The notes under the pieces were generated by a model. It saw nothing but the letters and a program-made list of their open reading frames with translations. It was not told the origin of the DNA and ran no database searches. A stretch of 64,000 nucleotides of DNA, from the NCBI GenBank assembly GCA_951406725.2, contig OX597821.1, forward strand, positions 37,696,001 through 37,760,000, written 5' to 3'. The translations under genes and the position numbers were made by a program. Below, one piece after another: positions 38,962-52,629 of the stretch (positions are counted from its first letter, which is position 1; each line of letters starts with the position of its first letter). Source of the stretch: Octopus vulgaris (lineage: Eukaryota).

Positions 38962-39510
38962 ATATAAACACATATAAATTCGCATATGCTTATATATAGA
39001 CACATATGTATATCTAACACACACATATACATACACAAATAAAGCTGTCTATAAATATACACACAAATACAAATATGTCTATATATAGAAACAAATATAG
39101 ATATGTCAATATATGTGCACACACACAGATGTCACTGTGCGGTGTGTGTATGTGTGTGTGTGTGTGTTTTGATCTATGTCTGTACCTTGCCGTATTTGTT
39201 CCGACACTGCGTTTCCAAGTTCGAATCGCTTCCAAGCAATCTTTGGATTTCATCCTTTCCATATAAAAACCATGTCCCAATGCATAATGGTGGCCACCCA
39301 GAATAGTTAGTTTTGGAGGTGATGGCTTGCTGTATGTGTTCCACTTGCTTGTGATTTCACTGCGACGCTTGCGAAGACACTGGTATCAAACTTGACGGAG
39401 TTTGACAAAGATTAGGAGCGAGGTATGTGATACATGGGCAGTTGACAGTCTTTCATAAAAAAAAAAAAATTGCCCAGTTCTGTGCCTTGGCGAGGAACTG
39501 TCAGCTTGCT

Positions 39511-39549
<39 letters not shown>

Positions 39550-39889
39550 GGAAAATTGTTTAACTCAGCTACACATGACTTAAAGTTTTATGGGCGCGTA
39601 GTGCAATCCACTTCATCCGTTGTTAAGGGAAGATGGACGTCCCAACGCACAATACGAAACTTTGTCATGCTGGACCGAGTAAAATGTAGATAAATAAGAG
39701 TTTTCTGAAAATAACAGTGAAACACGTCAACTCTTGTTTTTTGTCCATAGAAAGATGTTTCAGTAAGAGTAGCTACTTTTCATAGAAGTCTTTAAAATGT
39801 GTGTTCCCTAAACCATAACTTACATCTTAAAATTAACAAATGACCGTATACTACTACTACTACTACTATTACAACTACTAGTTTGTCTT

Positions 39890-40510
39890 GTAGGCATAAG
39901 GCTTGAAATGTTGGGTTGTGAGATAGCCGATTACTTGATTTGTACTTATTTTATCGACTGCGAAAGGATGGAAGGCAAAGTCTACCTCGGCATTTGAACT
40001 CAGAAAGTAAATCTAAAAGCAAACTGTAAACAATTTGCCCGATGCGCTAACCATTCTGCCAGTTTGCTGACTTAAAGTGAATGATTTCAAATTTTGGCAC
40101 AAGGCTGTGGTTTTGAGGGGAGAGGCTAATCGACTACATCGACTCCAGTATTTGTCTGCTACTTATTTTGTGGACCTCGAAAGATTGAAAAGTAGAGTCG
40201 ACCACGGTGGAATTTGAACCCAGAACAGTAAGAGTCGGACGAAAAGTCGCTAGGCATTTTGTCCGTCGTGCGAACGATTCTGCCAGCTTGCCGCCTTAAT
40301 GGTTTCAAACTTTTGGCATAAGACCAGCAATTTTAAGGGAGGGGTCAGTTGCATTTCAACCTTTCGGGGACAATAAAGTAAGGACCATTTGATCTCATGT
40401 AGGCAAAGTCGACATCGGCTGCATTTGAACTCGGAACCTAGAGCTGGGAGAAATGCCGTTAAACATTTTGTCCGGTGCGCTAATTAATAATTTTGCCAGC
40501 TCGGCGACTT
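39890..40510 (-). mobile_element. Tandem cluster of about 3 diverged SINE family B copies
   Basis: Repeated GGCAAAGTCGAC...ATTTGAACTC...TTCTGCCAGCT(C/T)G blocks. Confidence 0.82.
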
Positions 40511-41047
40511 AATAATACTAAATGCATTTGTGTGCATGTGTGTATCGTGTTGTTATATATCGTATAAGAGAAGGATGAGCATCATAAGAAACGTTGAAGA
40601 TTTCATGTGTAAAATCAATATTCTTTTGTATTTTGTATTTCCTTTGATTAATGCTTGCAGTGACGAAGAATGCCAAAGATATAAGATTCACGAGGGTATC
40701 AAAAGCAATTAGTCAAATTTTATTCTTTATTTGTTAGCTCTTTATGTTCTCGTTTATACCTTCTCTATTTCTTCCTTTCTGAACAAGAAAGGGAGATTAC
40801 TGGTTTTGGTATCGGCTGGGCTTAACGATTCCTAACATCGCCAATACCTAAACAGTAATATAAATCTCAAGTGATTTCTGTTTTTGTGTTGTCTCACAAA
40901 AAATATCCAAATACTTTTATATAATTTTCTGTCAGAGTATTTTACAGACGATTTTGCGAAAATATATTAGGATATAGTTGAAATGTAGGGATTACAACTG
41001 CATGAATTATCTATTCATCAGAAGATTTGGTAAAAATATATTGAATA

Positions 41048-41422
41048 GCTGTGTGGTAAGTAGCTTGCTTACCAACCACATGGTTCCGGGTTCAGTCCCA
41101 CTGCATGGCACCTTGGGCAAGTGTCTTCTACTATAGCCTCGGGCCGACCAAAGCCTTGTGAGTGGATTTGGTAGACGGAAACTGAAAGAAGCATGTCGTA
41201 TATATGTATATGTATATATATGTATGTGTATATGTTTGTGTCTGTGTTTGTCCCCCCAACATCGTTTGACAACCGATGCTGATGTGTTTACGTCCCCGTA
41301 ACCTAGCGGTTCGGCAAAAGAGACCGATACAATAAGTTCTGGCTTACAAAGAATAAGTCCCGGAGTCGATTTGCTCGATTAAAGGCGGTGCTCCAGCATG
41401 GCCGCAGTCAAATGACTGAATA
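41048..41422 (+). mobile_element. SINE family A
   Basis: Near-identical to 49362-49792. Confidence 0.93.
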
Positions 41423-41810
41423 AAAAAAAAATTACCGAAAAAATTGAAATGGAGCAATATTTAGTCACTCACCTATCTCCATATTTAAACATACAAATTA
41501 TATAAGACTTGTACGAGTCAGAGAGAGAGAGAGAGAGATTTGTGTGTTTGTGAGTTTGAGCGTTTGTGTATATATATATATGCGCGCGCGTGTATACATG
41601 TAGATGTCTGTATATGTGTATATGAACGAGTGTACGCATCTACCCCTATATCTCTCTTTTAATTCTACGCTAAGCACATGCTTATATTTGCATACTTTTT
41701 TCTACCTTGGCATAGAACTTTCCATAACCATCAACATAAACTTTCTCACTAATAACGCCTGTATGCCCCGAAAATGTAACTTTCCCAAATAAAGTGAACT
41801 TTATTTTCAA

Positions 41811-41894
41811 GGCTCTGATGAAGCTATAGGATATTATCATGGTACTCAACTACAAAGAGTCCTACATATCATAAAGCAGAAACCGTTGTAAGCT
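41811..41894 (+). ncRNA. Hammerhead motif with extended stem II
   Basis: ggct CTGATGA a gct ataggat...gtcctac...agc a GAAA ccgtt GTA agct. Confidence 0.6.
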
Positions 41895-44747
41895 GATGAA
41901 GTTCTTTACATAACATTTGTTTTTTTGATTTCGATTACCACTGTATACTCATATGACATTGTGTTCTGGAGAATGCGTATATTGACTTCTATACCAGGCT
42001 ACTCGTCTCGCTATGCTTAAACAATATATATATGTATGTCGATTAAGTACGTTCAATCGCTAAATCTTTATTCCCTTCAGAAAATGGGGTGGTGATCGTA
42101 TAGTTTAAACTTTAGTTAATTCACATACATTCACTAACATCAATCTCCTTCATGTGTATGTACACACAACGGCCAATAGTGCACTTACTGAGCACCAAAC
42201 CCCAGAAACAGCTGTAAATATTTACTCGTATCCTAAACCCTCTTATTTGTGAGGTTTAGATATGGACTCTTCCGATATACACCTAGTTGTGATGAACTGT
42301 AACAAAGGCTTTCACAAATAGGTGTCCCTTTTATCTGTGATTTCAGAGTATGACTTTTCCGGATGCCTTGATTTTCCTGCTTAAATATATTTATACTTAC
42401 TCTTTATAACTGTTTTATAAACGATTTGATGTTAGTAACAAACGCCTGCTCCAGCTTTATTTTATATTTATTTTCTATTCCATTATATATATATAATTAT
42501 AAAAACGACTGGTATAAAATTGGTATTCTGTTTTTATATAAGTAAGCTTTTAGACCAAATGCAAATTATCAATGAAGTTTTGAAAAGCTAATGTAAAATG
42601 ATTGAACAGCAACTGTTGAAGGAAATAGATTTATTTGATGCATACCGGGAGCTCGTTCACTAAATATGTAATGGAATTCCTGTCGTCTTGTATAGCCTCT
42701 ATTGAAATTTATATTCATGTGATTGTATATTTTTTATTTTTGGCACTATTACAGGGATGTAGTTTAGTGTGTGACATTAAAATTATGGGAAAACATTAGT
42801 CATATTTCATTTGGAACTGAAATATAGAAATTGATCCACCAGGGATCGCATCTAAAACCAGAATACAGTTTTACTTTGATATGAAAGAACTGATTTTCGC
42901 TCTGAAAGCTGCATTTTACTATTTATACGTAAATACATCATAAATTTGATAACTCAAATTCATGTCTATACTTTTCTGTCAGAACATTTATAGAGCAAGA
43001 ACACTGATAGAATATTAGAAACAAAATAATATTGCTCAAACCCATTGTTTAGGTCGCTTACTCTGTTACATGTTATTCATTTCGACTGTGAATTTTTTAG
43101 AGGTTCTTTCTAGAGGTAAGGGAAAATTTAAACTGTCCTTGTAGATTGTAGATAACGTACGACCATATATACGACCATGTAGATAACGTACGACCATATA
43201 ACGTACGACAACTTCAAATAACAAAAATGCGGTGTGATCTTTGTGAGAAAAAAATTATATCATGGAAGTTACAGGTTGAACACAAGGACTGAATTTTTAA
43301 CCATGTATGCATAGAGCTAAGTATAGTTTATGTAAGTACTTTAATGTTCACCTGGTTTGGTGAAAAATGTATTGGTTTCGAAGTGAAAAAAAAGTGCTTT
43401 TCAAATATTGCTTAAGTAATAACACAGTTTCACTCGAGGACAGTTCTCTGAGCAGCTCCTTTTCATGAGGTTTGAAAGAAGAATGTAATGTTAATTTTAT
43501 AAAATAACGTTTGGAGATTTCCCATGAAAACCAAAAAAGAAATGAAAAACGTGAGTTTGAAATCCCTATTTTTACACATATCGCTCGCACTATTAAAAAG
43601 CCCCATAAAGATAAGTGTCTTCTTGTTGGCTTTCATATAATCCTTTCATACAATCGACTCCAGTGCATAACTGGTACTAGTTCATCGACCCCGCAAGTCA
43701 ACCTCGGCGGCATTTTAACTCACAACATAAAATCCGAAGAAATGCCGCTTAGAATTTTGCCCGGTTTTCATATAATATCTCAAAATACATTCAGACAACT
43801 CAAGAAAAAAAATGAACTGCTAAAGCGGAAACGTGAAACCCAAATTCTTGGCAATTTGAACCTTTTAGTGATAATGCCTTAAAAAAGACGCTAGAAATAT
43901 TTTCTTTCAATTTTCATGTAGCTTAAAGTATTTGTATGTATAAAATCATTTTCTCTCCATATCTCATTGCAAAATTGGAACAGAAAATACCGTATTGATA
44001 ATTCATAAGGTTCTAAAATATAAATTTTACTTTGATAATTCATAACGCTTTCCAAGATAAATGTTCAAGTGGCAGCTAAAGAAATAGATCAAACGGCAGT
44101 TTTCTATTCTTTGCGCGACAAATATGACATGTTAAAAAGCAAATCCTGATTTGTTGTCATTTTTTCAAATGTATAATTAATTGATGTTAGTATGAGAGTG
44201 ATATCTGTTTAAAATAAAATGGTATCTTGGTTTCTTTTCTAGCTTTTGACGTCTTCACGTGCAGGTAGAGTATCATGTTGTCTCTTGACAACGTTTAGGA
44301 TTTTTAATTACATACACTCGTAATTGAGATGAGCCTCTAGCTACCACTAATTATAATATAAGCAACAGCCGTATGCTGTTTTAGATATCTTTAGTTTCAC
44401 CTGTTTCTTCTCAAACAGTTTTAGTCGCATCGGTACACTGAAGCTGCTAAATCAATTTTCCTCTGTGCCAAACACCAACCCAATACTTAGAAAACACAAG
44501 AGAATCTATTAAAAACCATGGGTAAATAATATTTTCCATGTGTTGTGAAAAAGCAGTCTTTGGATTATCTTGTTACAAAAAAAATCAAGATGTAACTCTT
44601 TCTTTATTCAAGACATCGAACTGGTTTCAATGCTGGGGTGATTTAACTCCATTTTCCTAATATCACAAACAACCACGAGAAAACGCCTAAGAAATTCACT
44701 ACTTCCTTTTTGTCTTCCCTGTAATATTGCACCGTGTCTCTTTTATG

Positions 44748-45057
44748 ACTGGTCCTCCGTCGGTTACGATGACAAGTGTTCTAGTTGATCCGATCACTGG
44801 AACATTCTGCTCGTGAAATTATCGTGCAAGTGGCTGAGTACTCCACAAATACGCGTACTCATAATGTAGTTCTCAGGAAGATTCAATGTGACACAGAATG
44901 TGACATTTGAAATGCAGGTACTACCCAGTGTTGCCAGTTGAGATGACGAGCAAAGTGAAATAAAGTGTCTTGCAAAAAAGGACACAATGCATCGCCGTGT
45001 ATCAAACTCACCACCTTACAATCATGAGTCAATACATTAACCACTAAACCACGCGTC
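44748..45057 (-). mobile_element. SINE family C, diverged
   Basis: Contains GTGCAAGTGGCTGAGTACTCCAC and GTGAAATAAAGTGTCTTGC, reverse complements of family C motifs. Confidence 0.8.
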
Positions 45058-47022
45058 TTCTACAAGATTTGTCAAAATCCAAATAACTACTGAAAAGTGC
45101 AGAGAATGTTTTGTTTTCTATGAATGCAGTAGAATCAATCCAGTGGAGTCAACATAAGTATTTTTAGCGAGGAGGTGAACTTTTACTAACTGAATATTCT
45201 AAAAGTGTCAACGCAATATTTTTGCCATCCAAGACAAAATATTTTTGGATTTTACGTTTATTTTTCGGCCAATATTGTTTTTTTTTTTAAAACTGCTGTT
45301 GTTTAAATAACAAAATTAAAAAAGACAAGCATTTTCCCAACAAATTTCATTGTGTTTTCCCTGAAGAGGAGTTCGATTAAATGCGTCCAAAAGTTTTTAG
45401 CAGCCTATAAAATAACCATCATATAAATCTTCTAGAAATTTCACACATCAAAGTATGATATGAGCTAAGTTAACAGTATCGGCTATATCCTTAAGTTTCT
45501 GCATTTCAAAACACGATTGTGGTCGACTTATTGTTCTGGAATCAAAACAATAAATGACAGTTATATATTATGGTTGAATTGATCTTAATATTCTGCTCTG
45601 CTCCTGAAAAGAAAATGACAGTTTGCTTATTAAAAAAAACAAACAAAAAATAATAATTATTCGTCTGAAATATTTTCTCAAAAGTTTGAAATTATATATT
45701 TGTGAAATCTGCAGACAACATCACTCATTATAAACAACCAGAGTGAAATTTGTGGCGCTCCATAGAACTGAAGGTAGTTATATAGCGGTTCGGTTAGATG
45801 ATAGTCCTAACCACAAAATGGCTACCTTAATTGCCGGTTGCTTTGTAAACACCAGTTTATTATTTAGTCATAGTTTCTAAAACTGCCATACAAACAAAGC
45901 AATTTTAGAATCAAAGAAGCAGACGACAATAGAAAACTGGGGGAATATTTGTATAACCGCCATCTTCGACACACATAATTTCATTCACAAATTCTTTTCT
46001 CCTTTATTTCTCTTTGAGACTTCTTATCAATAACTTTGAAAACTCACTGCTACAACTTCTACCATTGTTACAATACCTAATACAACTTTTTAATTCACAA
46101 TTTTATTATTTTTTTATATTTTGTCTCTTCTTTCTCTTGACACTTGTATTTTTCTCTCCCCTTCTTGTTTTTATCCTCTCCCTTCCTACTCTTTTCATCT
46201 TCGTTTAACTCACCACCATTTCTCTCACTCTCTCCTCATCATCTCAAGCTGCTTTAGTCATTGTTGTGGAGCATCCTATGTCAACCTCACCGCTAATGAC
46301 ATGTCAACGGGAGATCAACAAATAAAAAGATGAGCCACCGAAGAAGGCGCGGGGCGGTGGCGGCTGATGTCGATAGAATTGCAGAATGTGTGTAAGACAC
46401 AGATGGAATGTCAGCTGTAACGGAATACTGAGTGACTTGTGAAGTTAACAGGCCGCAACACGAACGCTGGCTTATTTAAACATTACATGCTATCGAGGAA
46501 AGAGGAAGGGGAAGAGAAAAGCCACTTAGGAAGTAGGAGAGGAAGCATGAAGTGGTTAAGAGGAAAGAAAAATAAAGAAGATCAAATTGCTCATCGCTTA
46601 TTAGTAGGAGCAAGCAAATCTCATGCTGCTGTAATTAAAAGAAGTAAAAGAAAAAAAAAATAATAAACTCTAAATGTAGCAAATAAGGCGGATAATGAAC
46701 GTTACAACATTTTAAAATATTCATTGAAAATATTTTTTTTTTCTTCGAATAAAGTGTGAGGGATGGGGTAATGTAGTTTGTGTTGAAACTTCAAATATTT
46801 GTTCTGTCTTTGTTAATAAAAATATATTTCAATGATATTATGACATTCTTCAGTTGATAACAGTAAACATTAACTGAAGAGAAACAGCGCCAACCACTAA
46901 CTGTTATGTAAAAATCAGCCATAAATTAAATGGGAAATTTATATATATACATACTTGCACAGACACACATTATCTACCGACACAAAAAGAAAAAGACACG
47001 AGGGAGGGAGAAAGAAGATGGC

Positions 47023-47068
<46 letters not shown>

Positions 47069-47595
47069 CACGCACACACACATACACATTCTTGTAAGTG
47101 AATATATGTATGCATATCTGTGTAGAGCAACCACAACACTGAATAATAGAACATTCCTACGTTAGAGATAATGTTTTCCCTTCTCTTCACACTTGTGGTG
47201 TCATAATTACATACACATCCCTCTATGCTATGCGTAATATCTCTACCCCCCCGCCCCCCACCCACCTCTGCCTGCTCAGTCACATTATCATAAACGTACT
47301 CTTTCTTTTATTGCAGAAATCTACAAATTATATGAACGTCCTGATAATTATTTGTAGACACACGAACGCTTTCACAGTCGTCCCCTTCCACTACCACCAC
47401 GTGCACCAACGTCTTAGCTATCACCTACATAATTCTGCGTATTCTCTCTCATTTCTATACACATACAAATACTTACACACGCACATATACCAGCACTGTC
47501 ATTCTCTCTCTCTCTCCCCTTTCTCCCTATCTCTAACTCTGTTTCCTTTCTCTCTCTGTTATTCAAATTCTTCCGTGTATGTATGTGTGTGATAT

Positions 47596-47666
<71 letters not shown>

Positions 47667-48960
47667 AATATATGTATGTGTGTATGTGGATATAGTTTTA
47701 CTTCTACATTAGTGTACCATAACGTCATTATTATTCATCCTTCATACGCCGCGAAATCATTTTCTATCAAGTTTGACGTGAATTTCCGATATTTTGGCTG
47801 CATTAGTATTTTAGCTTAAAAAAATCAATAACTGAAATTCACATCGAAACTAATGCAGCCTAATTGATCAGCGGTACAGTGGGCATTTTTCCTTAATTAG
47901 TAAGCTTCAGTCAAGAAAGCATAACAATATATAATATGAGACAAAATAGGTCCAGAAGCATGGAAAATATTATCATTTCTAACATTAAAATTTTATTATG
48001 CTATGATGCGTATGAGCGCCATCTTGTCGTGGCAGCGTTATGAGTTCCCATTAAACAGCATTTAACGATATAGGTTCAATTCTCAGAAAAGATATTTTGG
48101 TTTCATTTTACATTTGTACTTTGCAGTTTCCATACATAGACAATTATAGGACTCAAGGATAGTACTTCACTAGGATGAAGGTCAAAATGGCGTATTTCGG
48201 CAAATTTATTTTGGATATAAATTGGCAAGGTACTTTAGCTTGCCGGCAGCGGTTATAATTCCCTATTTCGGGAAGTCGTTATCAACATACAACCCTACTT
48301 TATTCCAAACTTCTTTTAACGTTTTAGCTTGAAATAAATGTTAAAGTATTTTTAATTGAGAACCTGTTGTCGGATAGAAACAAAAAAACAAAACAAAAAT
48401 AGATATTTTTGTGATGACAAAATCAGTTTTCTACACACCTACAATCTCATATTTCCTTTGTCTTTGTACTGTTTCTGTATTAAATACTCCATTTTCGGAT
48501 ATCGATTCCAAGTAAATGCGTCACTTTCATTTCTCGTGGCACCCCCAACTCCTAGCTTCTCCGAGCAGCCATACTCTCCTTTGAAAGAGACAAAATATAT
48601 GTGAACTTCACGTCAGGAGTTTCATTGACTCTCACCGAACTTGAGACCTTCCCTTAATCCTATCTCCGATAAGAGACAAAGAGGGAACATTTCAAATGCT
48701 CATACTTACCCTTTATTTCCACAAACAAATGTCTTTAACACAGGAAACTGCTCTGTAGAATATAAACTGGACTTCCTTTTTTTTCTACTTCCCAACCTCA
48801 TCTTTTTACACTCTTCCGGAGTCATCCTCTCCCCTCCCTTTATTTTCAGTAAATGTGGAAGTGCTTGTAGGCACATACATACATACATACATACATACAT
48901 ACATACATACATACATACATACATACATACATACATACATACATACATACATACATACTT

Positions 48961-49524
48961 TTCATGATGATAGCCGTCCACTAGTGACCGAGGAAGACTA
49001 TTGCTGACCTTTAGGAACATTGTGCGCTCTAGAACTAACTTAAATTTTGTATTTGCGGTTCCGTTAGTGGCTAATGACTCCTGCTCTTGACAAGCATACA
49101 CGACTACAAACATTGCAAACCAAACCTTCCCCATTCACTACACCAGCAATGTGCTTTCGAGCAGCATGCTTAAGGGCTCTCTCAAAAGTGTCGACCCCCT
49201 CCTTAACCTGCTTCCTCCATCTGGGGTGATAACAGGCATTGTTCTCCCAGTCAGTCTCCTGCATATCACAGGCCTTTGATGAGGACTTGACACAGTCCTT
49301 AAATCGCAGCCTTGGTTTCTGCTGGGGTCTCTTTCTATTCACAAATTCCCCATATAGGGAAGGCGTAGGAGTGGCTGTGTGGTAAGTAGCTTGTTTACCA
49401 ACCACATGGTTCCGGGTTCAGTCCCACTGCGTGGCATCTTGAGCAAGTGTCTTCTACTATAGCCTCGGGCCGACCAAAGCCTTGTGAGTGGATTTGGTAG
49501 ATGGAAACTGAAAGAAGCCTGTCG

Positions 49525-49566
<42 letters not shown>

Positions 49567-49830
49567 TGTGTGTGTTTGTGTGTCTGTGTTTGTCCCCCTA
49601 GCATTGCTTGACAATCGATGCTGGTGTGTTTATGTCCCCGTTACTTAGCGGTTCGGCAAAAGAGGCCGATATAATAAGTACTGGGCTTACAAAAGAATAA
49701 GTCCCGGGGTCGAGTTGCTCGATTAAAGGCGGTGCTCCAGCATGGCCACAGCCAAATGACTGAAACAAGTAAAAGAGTAAAAGAGTAAGAGTATATAGCA
49801 TCCGCTTAGGGATCCTGCTATCCTTCATTC
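48961..49830 (-). pseudogene. 3' end of an RTE-clade LINE interrupted by a SINE
   Basis: MKDSRIPKRMLY | GEFVNRKRPQQKPRLRFKDCVK...W...W...CNVCSRVCLSRAGVISH fits the RTE C-terminus with a terminal zinc-finger-like motif; followed by a short UTR and a (TGTA)n tail at 48872-48958. Confidence 0.88.
49362..49792 (+). mobile_element. Full-length SINE family A inserted in the RTE fragment
   Basis: A box TGGCTGTGTGG, B box GGGTTCAGTCCC, internal (TA)n(TG)n, (GTAAAAGA)n tail; ATATAG on both sides. Confidence 0.95.
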
Positions 49831-49839
49831 TAATATCTA

Positions 49840-49990
49840 CATACATATGTACCAAATATATTGTTACAACAAATTTTCACAACGACCTAGAAACACTTGG
49901 TTTCATGATAAAAGAGCGGATTCTCTAAATCCAATCTATTAGTGGCACAGTGAAGATTTGGAAGACATTCCAGAAGATATCCATGTGAGA
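49840..49990 (+). pseudogene. Possible C-terminal fragment of a second RLE-type LINE
   Basis: YVP...DLETLGF...IQSISGTVKIWKTF resembles the end of RLE domains; short and frameshifted. Confidence 0.45.
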
Positions 49991-50780
49991 TTTTCATGTG
50001 AATAGACGCAGACACTTGGGTGTATGCACCGACAGTTCAACCAACATACCAATTCAACCACATATTTACAAATACTGAGTACTCTCTTAACTCAAAAAGT
50101 CTTGTTTCTTTGCTAGCAACCAACTTGAACTTCTCTCAAGAACACTCGAAGAAAAATCTTACATATGTGTGTGTCTGTGTATACCATACATACATATATG
50201 TATGTGTGTGTGTCTTCTTGTTCGTGTGTGAGTCTGTGTGTACTACAGAGTTTATATATTCATGCATTATCTACAAACTGGTCGTTTTAACTTTCAGAAT
50301 TTTGTTCATTCTATTTTCATTCCCAGTCTAAGCCTTCACTCACCATTCACTCTCCCACACACTTCCACCCGTTCCACTTCTTCACTTGACTGTGCCTCCT
50401 TCCTCCACTCCGCTCGTATTCTCAATCTTTCCCTTTTCATTCGTATTCCGCTTCCACCACCACTCTATCAGTTTTCTCAACACAACCTATTCTACTTACA
50501 AATAATTTCTATGAATGGATTTATTTTAACATTTTAAAAACAGTCTTCTCTATGTGTGCCTATTTGCATTCCGTTAGCTTATTACATTTTCTTTTTCCCC
50601 CAGCCCTCTTCACATGAACATCATCTGCCGTCCTGCCGAATTTCCTCATTCTTCGTTCTCTATTTACCACCCCACTCCTTCAAATCCCCTCTTACAACCC
50701 CTCCTCTTCCTTTACATGTCTTCCTCTCATCATATTTTCTTTTCAATCCCTTTATTAGCTTGCAGTGAAGAGAACAAGTG

Positions 50781-50824
<44 letters not shown>

Positions 50825-52518
50825 GCACTCCTAGAAAATACACACACACACACAGAGTAGGGCCTTCCTCCCACCCCGTCAACTACCAATGATTCTCTCT
50901 CTCCCAGCAGTTGAACTTATCGAACTCTTCCAGGAACTCTCCTGTGATCAAAACTGTTCCGTCTTGGTACTCCCCGAGTTAAACAAACTCAAAGCCGATT
51001 AATTTCTCGTTTTAAGCGACGACAGCAAAACAACTGACAACTCATTTAATTAGTTTGATTTTAGCCATATTACTTTTAATATAGAAACTAATCGATATTA
51101 TGCACTGCTATAGAACTTTATTGATCTGCACTTAATTATTACAGACAGGTTTGAGGAAGAGAAGGCAGTATGCACCGGTTGGTTTCCCCTTCTTTATTTG
51201 GAATGTAAATATTCACGGAAGAGAAAGAGGAGGAAACAGAAGAGAATCATTTGTGTAAGGGATTAACGATAAAAAGGTATTAAGTGTTCTGAAATCCGAA
51301 AAGCAGATCAACTTGAGATTCTAACTAGCATAACCAGTTGATAGATTTCAATTGATAAAATACAAACATAGCCAACCATCAAAGTATTCCTCTTTGTCAA
51401 TGTTTTGTCAGATTGATTATAAAACAACATGTTAAATCCACAAATTCAAAGGGCACTCGAATAAATAGGTTTACTATCAATCAGGATTACGTGTCAGCCC
51501 GGAGTAAAGTGTGTACGAGAGTAGTTATGTGCGTAAGTGCGTTTGTATGTGTGTGTGTGTGTGAGAGAGAGAGGGAGTGTGTGTGAGAGTGTATGTGTTT
51601 GCATATGTCTACTTAAGCAAATAGTTCTGTAACTATCAACAAAAATGTTATTTTTGTTTGTAATTAAACAGAAAAAAAAAAAGACCCTGAATAGAGCGAT
51701 ACAAACATCGGCCATTAGCTATTTTGGATTATGAAATCTTTTGAATATTGTGAGAGATATTTTATGGAGAAATTTTTTTTAATAATTTGAATTGCAATTA
51801 CGTTTCATAAATCCAGGTGTTTATCGGAAAAAGATCTGTGGATATGAGGATTTTTTACTGAGTTTATATCATTAGATATAAACTGAGAAACATAACTGGA
51901 GTCACCCCGCAACAGTTGGAGTAAATATATTAACACGTGGCTTTACGTAAAATAGTCTCATTCAAAAGTACTCTCTCTGTGCTCTCAAGGGTTCCACTAA
52001 AGGTACTTGAATACTCTAATGTAGACTATACTTGAAAAGTTACCGGTGTGTGAGTACTCGAAACTAAACTACTTGGGTACTCTGATCAATAGATAACCTG
52101 CAGTAGGTGTTTACTGCTTCTAAGTAACTATAAGAGTTGACTAAATTAACAGCGAAATCTAATTTAAAATGAGTTATAATTAAAATTCGTGGATAGATGA
52201 TGAGTAGTTAAAATAACCAGTGAAATTATAATCATGGAATAAACCATTCCATTATTATGTACGGTCGTTGTCATCAAAATAATTTTTTTTAGTATAATAT
52301 ACTCTTATAGAGAGGTTTGAACTAATCGAAGAATATATATCGTCATAGACCAATCAATGATTCTCGATAGTTGGCTAATGTTTGAAACGTCATTTATTTC
52401 TAGTTACCTTGAATACAAATGATCGATTTTCTTCTGAAGTTGACAAATCTTGAACATTTGTATCTATTTGAAATGATATAGTGTTACCAAAAACGTTAAC
52501 AACAGTATCACAAATGGC

Positions 52519-52551
<33 letters not shown>

Positions 52552-52629
52552 AGAGAGAGAGAGAGAGAGAGAGACGCGCGCGCACCCCCCAATAGGTTTC
52601 AAATACAGTTATAATCAAGAGCCTTGTTT

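Noticed and set aside
42185-42225. CTGAGCA...GAAACAGCTGTA
   Set aside because: The 5' core and stems I and II are disrupted; kept only as a possible relic, not called as a ribozyme.
51199-51220. TGGAATGTAAA matching the start of miR-1
   Set aside because: The remainder diverges and there is no precursor hairpin.
51965-52085. Recurring GTACTC/GTACTT motifs suggestive of a MITE
   Set aside because: No terminal inverted repeats or TSD could be defined.
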